Assembly: GCA_951406725.2 (NCBI GenBank)
Contig: OX597820.1
Coordinates: 105,586,001-105,650,000, forward strand
DNA: 64,000 nt
From: Octopus vulgaris
Lineage: Eukaryota
Reading direction: 5' to 3'
A program made the position numbers and the translations under genes. Positions 37,458 through 49,662 of this stretch are shown one piece after another. Under the pieces are notes generated by a model. It had not been told where the DNA came from. It did not search any database and was given only the letters and a program-made list of their open reading frames with translations. Positions within the stretch are counted from its first letter, which is position 1. Each line of letters begins with the position of its first letter.

Positions 37458-37720
37458 TACAGTTCTATATTTAAGAGATGAGGAATTACATACATTATTT
37501 ACATTTGATGGATATTTGTCCTCATCTTGTTTGTTGTTAACACGTTTCAGCCTTCATCAGGTGCCTTGGGGAAATTTCGAACCTGGGTTCTCATTCCTAA
37601 AGTATTTTTCGATATTATTATTATTATTATTTATTATTCAGGTCACTGCCTGGAATCAAACTCGGAATCTTGGGGTTAGTAGCTCGCACTCTTAACCACT
37701 ACGCCATATGCACATGGGCA
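37458..37720 (-). mobile_element. Dispersed repeat with collapsed hammerhead core
   Basis: Segment atttaagagatgaggaatta… recurs at ~60416. Minus strand CTGATGA-AGGCT-GAAACGT at 37541-37560, with stem II missing. Confidence 0.45.
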
Positions 37721-38324
37721 ATTATGGAGTGAATTTAAGGGCTTATAAATCTAATCTTTTCCTATCCTTCCTTAATACCGGTTCCCATATGCTACTCATA
37801 TCTGCACTCGGTCTGCTTAGGAGGTTGTTGTGTCCTAGCATATGTGCTGTTTGATTTGCCTAGTAGTGGTTTTTACTCTTTATCTTATTAAACTTTTAAT
37901 ACTTTTTGGTGTTTTTACTCTTTATCTTATTAAACTTTTAATACTTTTTGATAGTTTATAAAAAATAAATAAATAAATATAAAAATATAAAAAAAATATA
38001 AAAAAAAATAAATGATTAAATAAAATAATAATTAAAAAAAATATATATTTATAATTTATAAGTTTAAATTATTAATTTAAATAATTAAAAAAAATTTTAA
38101 CTTTAATTTAAATATTTTAATTGGATTTTTATATTTTATATTTTTTATTTATTTTTTAATTAATTTTATTTCTATGTATTGGCTTATGATTTTCACTGTT
38201 TGATTTGCCTAGTAGTGGTTTTATCTCTAATTTAATATAATATATATTTATACTATAAAATTAGATTTAATCCTAAATCTAATTTTTCCCTGTAAGTTTG
38301 GATTTACTCCCTAATATCATTATT

Positions 38325-38370
<46 letters not shown>

Positions 38371-38372
<2 letters not shown>

Positions 38373-38829
38373 CATCATCATCATCATCATCATCGTCGTT
38401 TAACGTCCGTTCTCCATGCTAGCATGGGTTGGACGGTTCGACCGGGGTTCTGGGAAGCCAGAAGGCTGCACCAGGCTCCAGTCTAAATTTGGCAATGTTT
38501 CTACAGCTGGATGCCCTTCCTAACGCCAACCACTCCGTGAGTGTAGTGGGTGCTTTTTACGTGCCACCTGCACAGGTGCCAGGCGGGGCTGGCAACGGCC
38601 ACGGTCAGATTGGTGTATTTTATGTGCCACCGGCACGGAAGCCAGTCGAGGCGGTGCTGGCATCGGCCACGAGTCGGATAGTGCTTTTTACGTACCACCA
38701 GACCAGGGATCCTGGCTGGTTCAATTCGATTTCGATTTCGCTTGCCCCAACATGTCTTCACAAGCAAAGGGGGTTGGCAAGGGTGCCTGTCGTACGGTCG
38801 CATTGGAGTATTTTACGTGCCACGGCCAT
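38371..38829 (-). mobile_element. RTE LINE 3' UTR fragment
   Basis: Closely similar to 32487-32760. (CAT)n tail on the + strand; (TA)n flanks. Confidence 0.9.
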
Positions 38830-38872
38830 ATATGTATATATATATATATATATATATGTGTATATATATATA

Positions 38873-40556
38873 TGGTGGTTGTCTACTCCTTATGTAGAGT
38901 TTGGCCACCTCCTGTATCTACATCTTAACACCATCATGGCATTTGATGTGACTTTTTAAACCAGACAATGTTCTAAAAGACACCAACCTAGATTACACCT
39001 CCGATTTGGACCACCAAGAGCTACAGATAAGTTCTGTTCTTTGTGGATCTTAAAATGTCTCTTGAGGCCTCCGTTGGATTTGCAAACCTGACATACACTG
39101 TATTCAAAGGTGTGCACAGATATATAGGCAGAATAGTTGGTGGAGGTTCATTTTCCTTGTGTTCGCAGATGAGATTTGAGGCAATTGACAGGCATGGTCT
39201 GTCACAGACTGTGCACACAAAAAGGTTATTGTCATTCACTTTCTCGATCATTACATTCTTCCTTAGATCTCTTTTGAGTCTTACTTGCATTATCCTGGCC
39301 TCTTCAAATGCTTTCACTCCACTCCACACCTTTGTTCGCCATCCAACTCGATCTGAAGCAAGGGTTTCTATAACTTCTGGAATCATTCCAAGTGATTTCA
39401 TAGTAGTCCTTATGCCATCCTTAAACCTTTTTGTAGGTTTACACCGATAGCGTTTCCCCTGTGCAAACTCACCATAAAACATTGTTTAGGCATCCGTTCA
39501 TCTGCCATTCGAACATGGCCACACCATCTCAGTTGGTTCCTCAAAATCATAGCTTTAATTGATGTGATGCCTGCAGATGCAAGGACATCTGTGTTTGGAG
39601 TAAAAGAACTCCACTTAATTTTTAAAATGTGATTAAGGCATTTTTGGTGGAATTGTTCTAACAGTTTAAAATGCCTTTCATAACAAGTCCAAATTTCACA
39701 AGAATACAACAGGGATGGCAAGACAAATGATTTGTAAAGAGCCAGCTTTGTATTCTTATTTATGTATCACTGCACCAAATGTGTGGCTCCAAGCCACCAA
39801 ATGCTTTTGCTGCTCTTTGAATTTGCAGCTGTATTTCGGTATCAAGATTTCCACCATTTTGAATGGAGCTTCCAAGGTAGACAAACGAATAGACAACCTC
39901 AAGTAACTTACCCTTAACAATAATTTTAGGTGGGTTTCAAACAGCACCACAAGCAGGTTGATGCATAACAACTGTTTTTTTCAAGTTGAAGGTCAAGCCA
40001 AAATCATCACAAGCCGAGTCAAATGCAGACACAAGAGATTGCAGACCTGTTTCAGAGTGACTGATAAGATCGCAATCGTCAGCGTACAAATGTTCCCTAA
40101 TGAGTGAAGTAAAAACCTTGGTTTGGAATTGAATTTCAGTCTGGTCAGATTAAAAACATACCCTGTTGTTTGATATTTTATGTAAATACTTTCCTCAGAG
40201 TTTTGAAAAGCATGTGACAACACAACAGCAAAGTGTATTGCAAAGAGGGTGGGTGCATCAAGGTCTCCTTGCTCCACTCCATCTTCCACAACATAAGATT
40301 CAAAGAGCCTACCACCAAAATTAACTCAAGCTTTTATATCTTCATACAAAGCCCTGACCATGTTTACAAATTTTTCTGGCCAACCTTTTTCTACTTAGAA
40401 TTAGCCACAGAGCATTTCAATTAACAGTATCGAATACTTTGCTCAAATCAACAAAGCAATTGAACAGAATCTTGCCCTTTACCATTGCTTTGTTGATTTG
40501 AGCAAAGCATTCGATACTGTTAATCGAAATGCTCTGTGGCTAATTCTAAGTAGAAA
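38873..40556 (-). mobile_element. Degenerate RTE/BovB-like LINE with terminal fold-back
   Basis: GVEQGDLDAPTLFAI, PSLLYSCEIWT…FHQKCLNHILKIKW…QLRWCGHV and FYGE-AQGKR. The FVDLSKAFDTVNR region is duplicated in inverted orientation at ~40389-40556. Confidence 0.85.
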
Positions 40557-42052
40557 TAGGTAAATTCATTTACCTATATCCTGGCGTCTTCCAGCCTCTT
40601 GAATAGTCGTTGACTATCCGTTATCAGAGCTGCAACGGACAGAGTCAATGACTATTTTTATATATAAAAGTATAGCAGCATACATACACTTTGGTTTCTT
40701 ATATGTAAGTATATATACATCTAAATTTTGTACGACTCTATTATTCTTTCCATTCTTTCATTCTTTCTATCAGCCCCTTCGCACTTACTTCGTTCATTCC
40801 ACTCTTTGTTCATTCCACTCTTTGTTCATTCCACTCTTCAGTTTTATAAATATTCCAAAGTTGAGTAATGTTTTCATGCTTGGATTTGTAAACTATGATA
40901 AGGATAACACTGGTCAACAAAGAATTTGTCCCAAGGAAAAGAATACCTGTATCTCATATGTTTTTGCATGCAGAATTAAAAAATGTCAAATTATCTGTGT
41001 CACCCACAGTTTCTCTGTTGCACAATATCCCTCTCAGTTCCTATTACGTGGGCTAAATTTCAGCTAAGCTGTTGAACTGTGAAGCTAACGGTTTAAGAAA
41101 TAGTCCTAATTAAAATTTTTATGAATAGAATTAACCTAGTGAAATCAATAAATCCAGCTATCTGAGTCAATGAGTCCCAAAACTACATGAAATGAAAAGT
41201 ATGTGAAAATACTAACACAGAAAAAGCACAGAAAAGTATGTAATATACTAACACACAGTAAAAATTAAAACAAAACACACGAGTGAAAAGAATCTTGAGA
41301 TGTGAAGAATCAAGTGTAAAAAATCAACATAGACAACAGTGGCACAACAACAGTGAACCACAACACAGCATGCGGTTGTCATGGTAACAAGCTGCTAATG
41401 CCATGCTGTCTGTTGATTGGCTAAAATTACCGAAATTTCCCAACTTTAATTCCAAATAACATCAGACTCTTTAATTTACGAGATAGAGTAATTGGTTGAT
41501 CGTAATCAAAATCCAGAGTTGCATCGATATACTAAAATTGAAAGCAATCTGAGCAGAAGAAAAATTTTGCGAATGAGAAAGACAAGATGCCACTCTCGAG
41601 TCATTTATTTTCTGCTTCATTTTTTAAGTTTTTGATTTCAGGTTTCTTTCTCCAAGTGGTTTTACTGTACAATCACACACAATTCTGGATACTTCTTTGC
41701 TGCTTAGGATAAACTCTAAACGAGCAGAGCAGATTTCTGTTATCCCAAACAAACAAAAATACATACGTATAATGATGATGATGATGATGACAATACTTTC
41801 AAATTTTGGCACAAACCCAACGGGGCAGGGAGTAGGTTGACTACATCGAGGCCAGTGCCCAACTGGTATTTATTTTATCCTCTGTCATGGGCACCGGAAC
41901 TGCCATATCACATGATTTCATTCCACTGGAAATCATCAGTGGGAGGCGTCTGGTCACCATATACCAGTCAAATCGTGCTGTTATGATATATAAAATATCA
42001 GCATCTTTTCAGACACTGATGTCAGTAATAGCCAGAAGACTTATTAAAAATT

Positions 42053-42505
42053 ATGGCTGTGTGGTAAGAACCTTGCTTCCCAACCACATGGTTCCGGGTT
42101 CAGTACCAATATGTGGCACCTTGGGCAAGTGTCTTCTACTATAGCTTTTGGGCCGACCAACGCCTTGTGAGTGAATTTGGTAGACGGAAACTGAAAGAAT
42201 CCCTTTGTATATATAATGTGTGTGTTTGTGCATGTGTTTGTGAGTACGTGTGTGTGTGTGTGCCTGTGTGTACCTATGTGTGTGTCTCATTGAGTCTGTG
42301 TTTGTCCCCCATCACTGCTTGATAACCGGTGTTGGTGTGTTTACGTCTCTGTAACTTAGCGATTCAGCAAAAGAGACTGATAGAATAAGTTCTGGGACTT
42401 AAAAATAAATCTTGGGATTAATTTTTTGGACTAACACTCCTCAAGGCAGTGCTCCAGCATGGCCGCATTCAGATGACTAAAAAAAGTAAAAGAATACAAG
42501 AATAA
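42053..42505 (+). mobile_element. tRNA-SINE family B (full length)
   Basis: Aligns end to end with 48492-48906. Confidence 0.85.
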
Positions 42506-43162
42506 CAGAATATAGATAAAAAGTTAGTTAGTTAGGTAGGTAGGTAGGTAGATAGGTAGGTAGTTAGGAAGATAGATAAGACAGACAGACAGATAGATAG
42601 ACAGATAGACAGATAGATGGATTAGATAGATAAGTGGAATAGGATATATGTTATCAGCAAAATAGCATCTGAAGATCAAATAAACGTGAGTCAGCTATTA
42701 CAAGATAATGTTTGTGATAAGACACGAACACACACACACACACACACACACATACACACACACACACACGCAAGTAACGACTCAATGTTTGAACTGTGTT
42801 AAGCGTCGTTCGAATGCATTCTACAAAGTAGCTTAAATATGGCTCAGGCTATAAATGCATTATCAAGCGCAGCATAGAGTGGAACTAAACACAGAAACAA
42901 TTTATTTTTACTCTGTTTTCGTATTTCGATGCATTCATCTGACACAATGGTCTGTGAAAGGCTATTAAAACAATAGTAGCGAAAGACACAAAATATAAAC
43001 AATTTGTTTTCTGTGATTATTCCAACTACACACACATACACACAACACATTCACCCATTATTAGGTTACTATTTCACCATATTATGCTGTTGATGTATTA
43101 TATAAGATTTTTTCCACCTAATATGCACTGTGAATGGCGTGATGCACATATTGTTTTACTGG

Positions 43163-43254
<92 letters not shown>

Positions 43255-43259
43255 TTAAT

Positions 43260-44041
43260 GGCATTTTGTAACTTAATATAATGAACTCTTGACTTTGTAT
43301 ATGGATATGTGTATGTTTGCATATTATTATGATATTCTAATATATTGATTTGACGATCTGTAACATTATATATATGTATGTATATTGTTATATATTGTTA
43401 TGTATATACATATATATATAGGTGCATGTGTATATACGCTTATATGTATTTGTATATTATATATTATGTATATGTACTCATTCTTGTATGGGTGTACCTT
43501 CTCTGATATTCATATTTAGATTGTACTTTATTCTCTGAAGAGGCCTTGGGATATATTTGTGTCTCATTTGTAACCACATATTAACATATCACACCTGGCT
43601 AATATGAGCATAATGAGATACTCATATCTACATGGCTGAAACAGTTGTAAGATGTAGTTTATATTTATATTTATATTTATTTATATTTATTTATACATAT
43701 TGTACTTATTGTATCATATCTACATGGCTGAAACATTGATGTGCATTGTTTTGTTCTGTACTATTATGTTTGACCTTGATGTTCATATGTAGTTGGTTAA
43801 TAAATTATGTGAATGGGTATTATCTGGTAGTTGATTATTGATTAAGGTGTATTTCTCCATTTTCTTATTTTGTATTATTAATTTGTGGTAAAACATTTTA
43901 CCTCTGCCTATATAATACAATAAATGAATTAATTGCATCGCAATTCTTAACATTTATGTATTAACTCTGTTGGGTGCTTTACTGGCAGTATATTGGATAT
44001 ATGTTATCCCATGGTGGGTTGAACTCACAACCCCTATCTCA

Positions 44042-44042
<1 letters not shown>
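43260..44042 (+). mobile_element. Solo Penelope-like terminal repeat (diverged subfamily)
   Basis: ~43850-44040 aligns with ~49335-49526 (aatgaattaattgcat…cagtatattggata…aacccctatc). Contains a hammerhead. Confidence 0.7.
43532..43652 (+). ncRNA. Hammerhead ribozyme motif (type I, PLE-associated)
   Basis: TCT-CTGAAGA (43535-41), GGCC…GATAT / ATATC…GGCT stem II, GAAA-CAGTTG-TA-AGA. Confidence 0.7.
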
Positions 44043-44111
<69 letters not shown>

Positions 44112-44416
44112 GCACATACACGCATGCGCACACACACACGTATACGATAGTAGAAAGCACTTACTCAAGACTGGGTGCAATGACTGGAACGCGATACCAC
44201 ATTGTTGGTAAGCAACCTTCTCAAACACAGCCACGCCCTCAACAAGTATATCCAAACATGTATGTGTCCACGTGTGTGTGTGTGTACATACACATATATG
44301 CAGACACAGCACACTCACCCCTCCACAATGTGTGAAATCGAGCTTAGAAACATAGTTATTTCTTTTCCTATGCGCTAAGTCACGGTGTCGTGGTTTTTAG
44401 TCATTGGATTTTGTAA

Positions 44417-44832
44417 TCTGTATATATAAAAGCAGGATGTGTGTGTGTTTGTGTACATGAACGTAATTTATGCACGTCCACAAATTAGCACGCACGTCGC
44501 TCCAATTTTAGGAGGACATTCGTCATGATCCTAGCAGTATTTTCGTCAACTTATTTCCCCATGAGGCACCAGCGAATAGCAGTAAAAATAAATTTTCAAC
44601 CAAAACTTTTAACAATTTTCAAGTCGGAGAAATCACCATTGTTTGCAAACAGGAGTTAAGTCCCCTTCTAGCGACGAGTAAGTTTTTGTTAAGACTTTTG
44701 TTTTTTATCCATCGAGGTAAAAAGTGTTTTGTTGATATACGGGCAACACACACACACATGGACATTATTGCATACAAAACATGTATGCAATAGGTGTACG
44801 TACATACGTGTGTGTTTGTGTGTGTGTGTTGT

Positions 44833-44874
<42 letters not shown>

Positions 44875-45870
44875 TGGCTGCCTCCTCGTTATCGAGTATG
44901 GCCATTGCACGAAGCTTAATCAATGTTGTTATCGCGCAATGCCTGTGCAAGAAGATTTTTTTTAAAGTGAGGAAAGGCTGTGCACTGAGTCAATCCCACT
45001 CACTAAGCAACAGCAGCCATAATCCGAAAAGAAGAACAAGTCAACATCATCGGTAACCACTGAGCCGCAGGTCTTATATTGGAGTTATCCCAGTTACCTG
45101 AGTTACCTTCTCCTAGAAGGATGCCCTAACAAAGGCTAGGAGTCCTACACACCAAATGGTTTAACCGTGCGATCGGGTATTCAGTCCGATTATTTCTATG
45201 TCCCCGCGCATGATACAGATAAGTCATTTATTGGATGACCGTTGACTCTCAAGAGTTCCTCTGCCTATTGACGGGTTTTGTTTTTCATCTTGCTGGGTGT
45301 CCAATAAACATCCTCCTCACCAAGCAAGCTTGGTGGGGTTGCCGGTTTAGTCGCCGACAACCCGACCATGCAACAGGTTGTACTGGGTTACATGTTACCA
45401 GTAGCACTTGAAAGTGACCTGACATAATATATATATATATATACATACAAAATTTAGAGGATTGACCACTAAAAGTGGACAACCTGCATCCTAAAAATAG
45501 ACGTCAAAATCGACATTTTCCACGGAGAATGTGTTCTCAAGAAGAAATTCAGCAAAAAACCAAAGCGTAAAAATAAGCATGACAAATGAAAATATCCGAA
45601 ATAAAAAACGATTAACTATGTACTAATTAGTTTCACTTGTTAATAATTTATGTATATGAATACATAAACATCTGCAAGATCATCAGCATAGTCTGTCGTT
45701 TATGAAACACAATTTCTAGAACTAGATACAGGGCGCTCGACCGAAATCCAGCATTGCATAGAGTTCCACAAATTATATTTATGTGTATCTTTCAAATGCC
45801 TTCACTTTGGCGCGCTGAGATCGGAAATTACTCTGCAGTTAATAAACTACAGTAGTCAATAAACTAACCG

Positions 45871-45930
<60 letters not shown>

Positions 45931-46292
45931 CTATCTATTTTCCCCTTGTTAACAATTAACACGGAAAAAATAGATAGTTACCAGGGTAGCAAAAAATCAC
46001 ACAAGTAAAGAGGTTGTAACTCTTTTCTTTTAAAGGTAGAAACCTCGGGTTTACGTGAAATATAAATAAATAAATGGAGTTGAACAGGTGTAATTCAAAT
46101 AAAAATAAGAGTATTTGAATTGCACCTGCGTTAAACTCCATTTATATATATGTATATATATATATATATAAACCAATTTCAATGGATTTCGCCCAAATTT
46201 GACGTTGATGTTAGTTTTGTTTGAAAAAAAAACAACTTGATTAGCTTAATAATCCTAACTTAATCTCAGACAAAGCCGGGTGATACTGCTAG
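44417..46292 (+). mobile_element. Probable non-autonomous Helitron with nested insertions
   Basis: 5' TCTGTATATATAAAA plus a microsatellite head. 3' end …GCCGGGTGATACTGCTAG resembles the terminus at 13878-13905. Confidence 0.5.
44871..45425 (-). mobile_element. RTE-derived non-autonomous short element, copy 1
   Basis: Near-identical inverted copy at 58808-59358 and a 3'-end fragment at ~53415-53474. Non-coding; RTE-like 3' stem-loop CTCGATAACGAG. Confidence 0.75.
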
Positions 46293-47036
46293 AACAATAT
46301 ATAAAAATATACTTACGCCTGATTCTCCAGAAAATGCGGAATTAGCATATGACCATGATGACTCATTGCATGCCTCTGGAAATTTGATAGACTGATCCTG
46401 GCGTTTTCTGATACAGATTAAAGAAAAAGTCAAAGAAAAACAACAAGAATATTTCATAGCAATTAAGATTTATTATGAATAGGTACTTAGCCAATGGTTT
46501 TAGGATATAATGGAATAAATCTATAATGATGTTATACGTAATACCTAGATTTCAAACGTTGATTCATTTAAGTGTATGCACCATTGCAAACACATGTAAA
46601 GATTGGGATATCTAACTTTTGTTTATATTGCTTATATTTATTTGTTTCACCTGACAAGTTTTATTGATTCAATATCTACGACAGAAAGCTGGTATGTATG
46701 TCTCTTCTATTTTTTAATTATTATAAATCTTTCACAGAGAAGGGAACCGGTTTCCAACAAAGATACAAGGCTCCATCTTTGGGATGTAGTTAACACAGAC
46801 AAATTCACACTTGGAACTTGAGAAAGTCTTGCATATTTTTACTGTTTCACTCACAGATTGCACTTGTGATGTACGAATTAGCCGGTCGATTTCTCTTTCT
46901 GAAAATCCCAGTTTATGTATGTATGTATGTATGTATGTATGTATGTATATATGCATGTATGTATATATGCATGCATGCATGTATGTATGTATGTATATAA
47001 ATTTTCAGAATGAGATAAAAAACAAACCACGGCTGT

Positions 47037-47407
47037 AAACATTTATAAATAGGTCTTACAGCTGTTTCCGGGATATTCTATATATCCCTTCATCGGAGAC
47101 GGTGTGAGAAACTGGTTAAGCAATAGTTATTCTAGATAAGATATGAAATAGAGAGTGAAGTGGAGGAATGAAAATAGACATGAGATATGCAGGGATATTG
47201 TATCTGTAGATTTTAAATACTATTGGAACTTACTCACGAGGTACTGGAATCTTATATGTATACCATTCTGCCTAAATAATGGATCTACAGATGCAATATC
47301 CCTGCATATCTCATGTCTATTTTCATTCCTCCATTTCATATCTTATGCTTAACCATTTTCTCACACCCTCTCCGCAGAAACAGCTGTAAGACCTATTTAT
47401 AAATGTT
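47037..47407. repeat. Inverted-repeat element with hammerhead motif (PLE-like)
   Basis: Arms ~47037-47200 and ~47290-47407. Minus strand 47053-47100: GTCT-CCGATGA-AGGGATATATAGAATATCCCG-GAAA-CAGCTG-TA-AGAC. Confidence 0.7.
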
Positions 47408-47580
47408 CCAAAATATTTCAAAATTTTTTATATATACACATGCAAATATATGACCTGCGTTGGGCTCCTCATTCGTATAATCACCAAACCTGGAGCTTAA
47501 CTATAGTCAGTCCATAGCACTTACTCAGCATTACTTGACACCTTTGGGTCTTATTGACACCATTACCTCTCATAATCTCT

Positions 47581-47612
<32 letters not shown>

Positions 47613-47636
47613 GCTCTCTCTCCCTCCCTATATATA

Positions 47637-48191
47637 TACGAGGGTGAGTTAGAAAGTAATGCCATTTTGTTTAGCACAAGTATAATTACCAACACAGGAA
47701 CATGTATCATACATCAAAATCAAGCTGGTCCGCTGTGGATCACATCCCTACTTCTCAACATAGTCACCATTTCTCTCAATAGCAATGTTCCACCTTCGAA
47801 TGAAAGCATGTATCCCTTCCCTGTAAAATTCTGTTGACTGTTCTTTGAACCACTTCTTGTTCACTACAGTTTTCACTTCCTCATCACTGGAATAATGTTT
47901 GCCTCTCAAACCCTCTTTCATGGGGCCTAAGAGATGATAGTCCATGAGGAGGCAGTGAAAACTGTAGTGAAAAAGTGACTCAAAGAACAGTCAACAGAAT
48001 TTTACGGGGCAGGGATACATGCTCTCATTTGAAGGTGAAACATGGCTGTTGAGAGAAACGGTGACTATGTTGAGAAGTAGGGATGTGATCCACAGAGGAC
48101 CAGCTTGATTTTGATGTATGATACATGTTCCTGTGCTGGTAATTATACCTGTCCTAAACAAAATGGCGTTATTTTTTGACTCACCCTCGTG
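47637..48191. mobile_element. Palindromic mariner MITE made of two inverted 3' ends
   Basis: TIR cgagggtgagt at both ends. Both arms encode the mariner C-terminus …GIHA-I-RW--A-ERNGDYVEK* pointing outward. Confidence 0.85.
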
Positions 48192-48491
48192 TGTGTGTGT
48201 GTGTGTGTGTATATAAATATATATATATAATACAAATAAGAAAATGGAGGACAGCATGCGAGAGTATTTTCATTCACATGTATGAATGTATGCTTGTGTA
48301 TATGTGAATTGGGTACTAGTCGCGTAGACTGGACCCGGTTTGCGCACACACGCATCCACGCTAGCCAGTCATAGGTAGTTGATCCTACAGCGACTTGCGT
48401 ATGCAAATGAGCTGATTGGCGCAACACTGCAAAAACTAAGTTAATATGTATGTATAAGTATGTATATATGTACTTTTTTATATGTATATAT

Positions 48492-48906
48492 ATAGGCGCA
48501 GGAGTGGCTGTGTGGTAAGTAGCTTGTTTACCAACTACATGGTTCTGGGTTCAGTCCCACTGTGTGGCACCTTGGGTAAGTGTCTTCTACTATAGCCTCG
48601 GGCCGACCAAAGCCTTGTGAGTGGATTTGGTAGACGGAAACTGAAAAAAAGAAGCCCGTCGTATATATGTATATATATATGCGTGTGTGTGTTTGAGTGT
48701 CTGTGTTTGTCCCCCTAGCATTGCTTGACAACCGATGCTGGTGTGTTTATGTCCCCGTTACTTAGCCGTTCGGCAAAAGAGACCGATAGAATAAGTACTG
48801 GGCTTACAAAAGAATAAGTCCCGGGGTCGAGTTGCTCGATTAAAGGCGGTGCTCCAGCATGGCCACAGCCAAATGACTGAAACAAGTAAAAGAGTAAAAG
48901 AGTAAA
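48492..48906 (+). mobile_element. tRNA-SINE family B (full length)
   Basis: Head ggcgcaggagtggctgtgtggtaag…ggttcagtccc, internal microsatellite, and tail ctccagcatggcc…gactgaaacaagt(aaaagagt)n. Confidence 0.9.
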
Positions 48907-49024
48907 ATATATATATATATATATATTTGGATATCTGTTTATTGTTTATCTGTATATATTAAGTAATACTTGCAGCATGTTTAGTATATTAATATTATTA
49001 TTATATTTTTAAAGTTAATTATAA

Positions 49025-49161
49025 CCTCTGACAAGGCCTATGGTTCTTTTAACATATAAGTATTATATATATTTTTTAATGCCTACAACCCTAATATGTT
49101 GACATCTATAGGCAATGTAAATTGGATTCACTTTTGACCATAGGCTGAAACAGCTGTAAGA
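49025..49161 (+). ncRNA. Hammerhead ribozyme motif in the 5' pLTR (core variant CTGACAA)
   Basis: CTGACAA (49028-34), GGCCTATGGTT/GACCATAGGCT stem II, GAAA-CAGCTG-TA-AGA. G8 is replaced by A, so probably inactive. Confidence 0.65.
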
Positions 49162-49662
49162 AGTAGTTTATGGATTTCAATAATTTATAATATGACTTTT
49201 AAAATCTGTATTTGTATTATTATCTTATCTATTGATTTATATAATATTTTTGTATGCCTTTTGATGTTCTCATTTGTAAAATGAATAAATAATCTAACAT
49301 TATAATATCCGTAAGTTGATGAACAAACTAAATTTGTTTCTCCATTTTCTTATTTGTATTATAAATTTAAGGTAAAAATATTTCTTTACTTTCACCCGTT
49401 TAATACAATGAATGAATTAATTGCATTGCAATTAAAAACATTTATTTATTAAGAATTTGGGTAATTTACCAACAGTATATTGGATAATTGATATCCCATA
49501 GTAGGTTATACCCATAACCCCTATCTTACTTTGTACTATAAAGTTAATTATTTGAGGAATATCTATTGCTAATACGTATATATGTATGAATTATCTATGC
49601 AATATTTGAAGTATTGCTAGTATAAGTGAATACATTTAAGTATAGTATATTAATTCCTCAAA

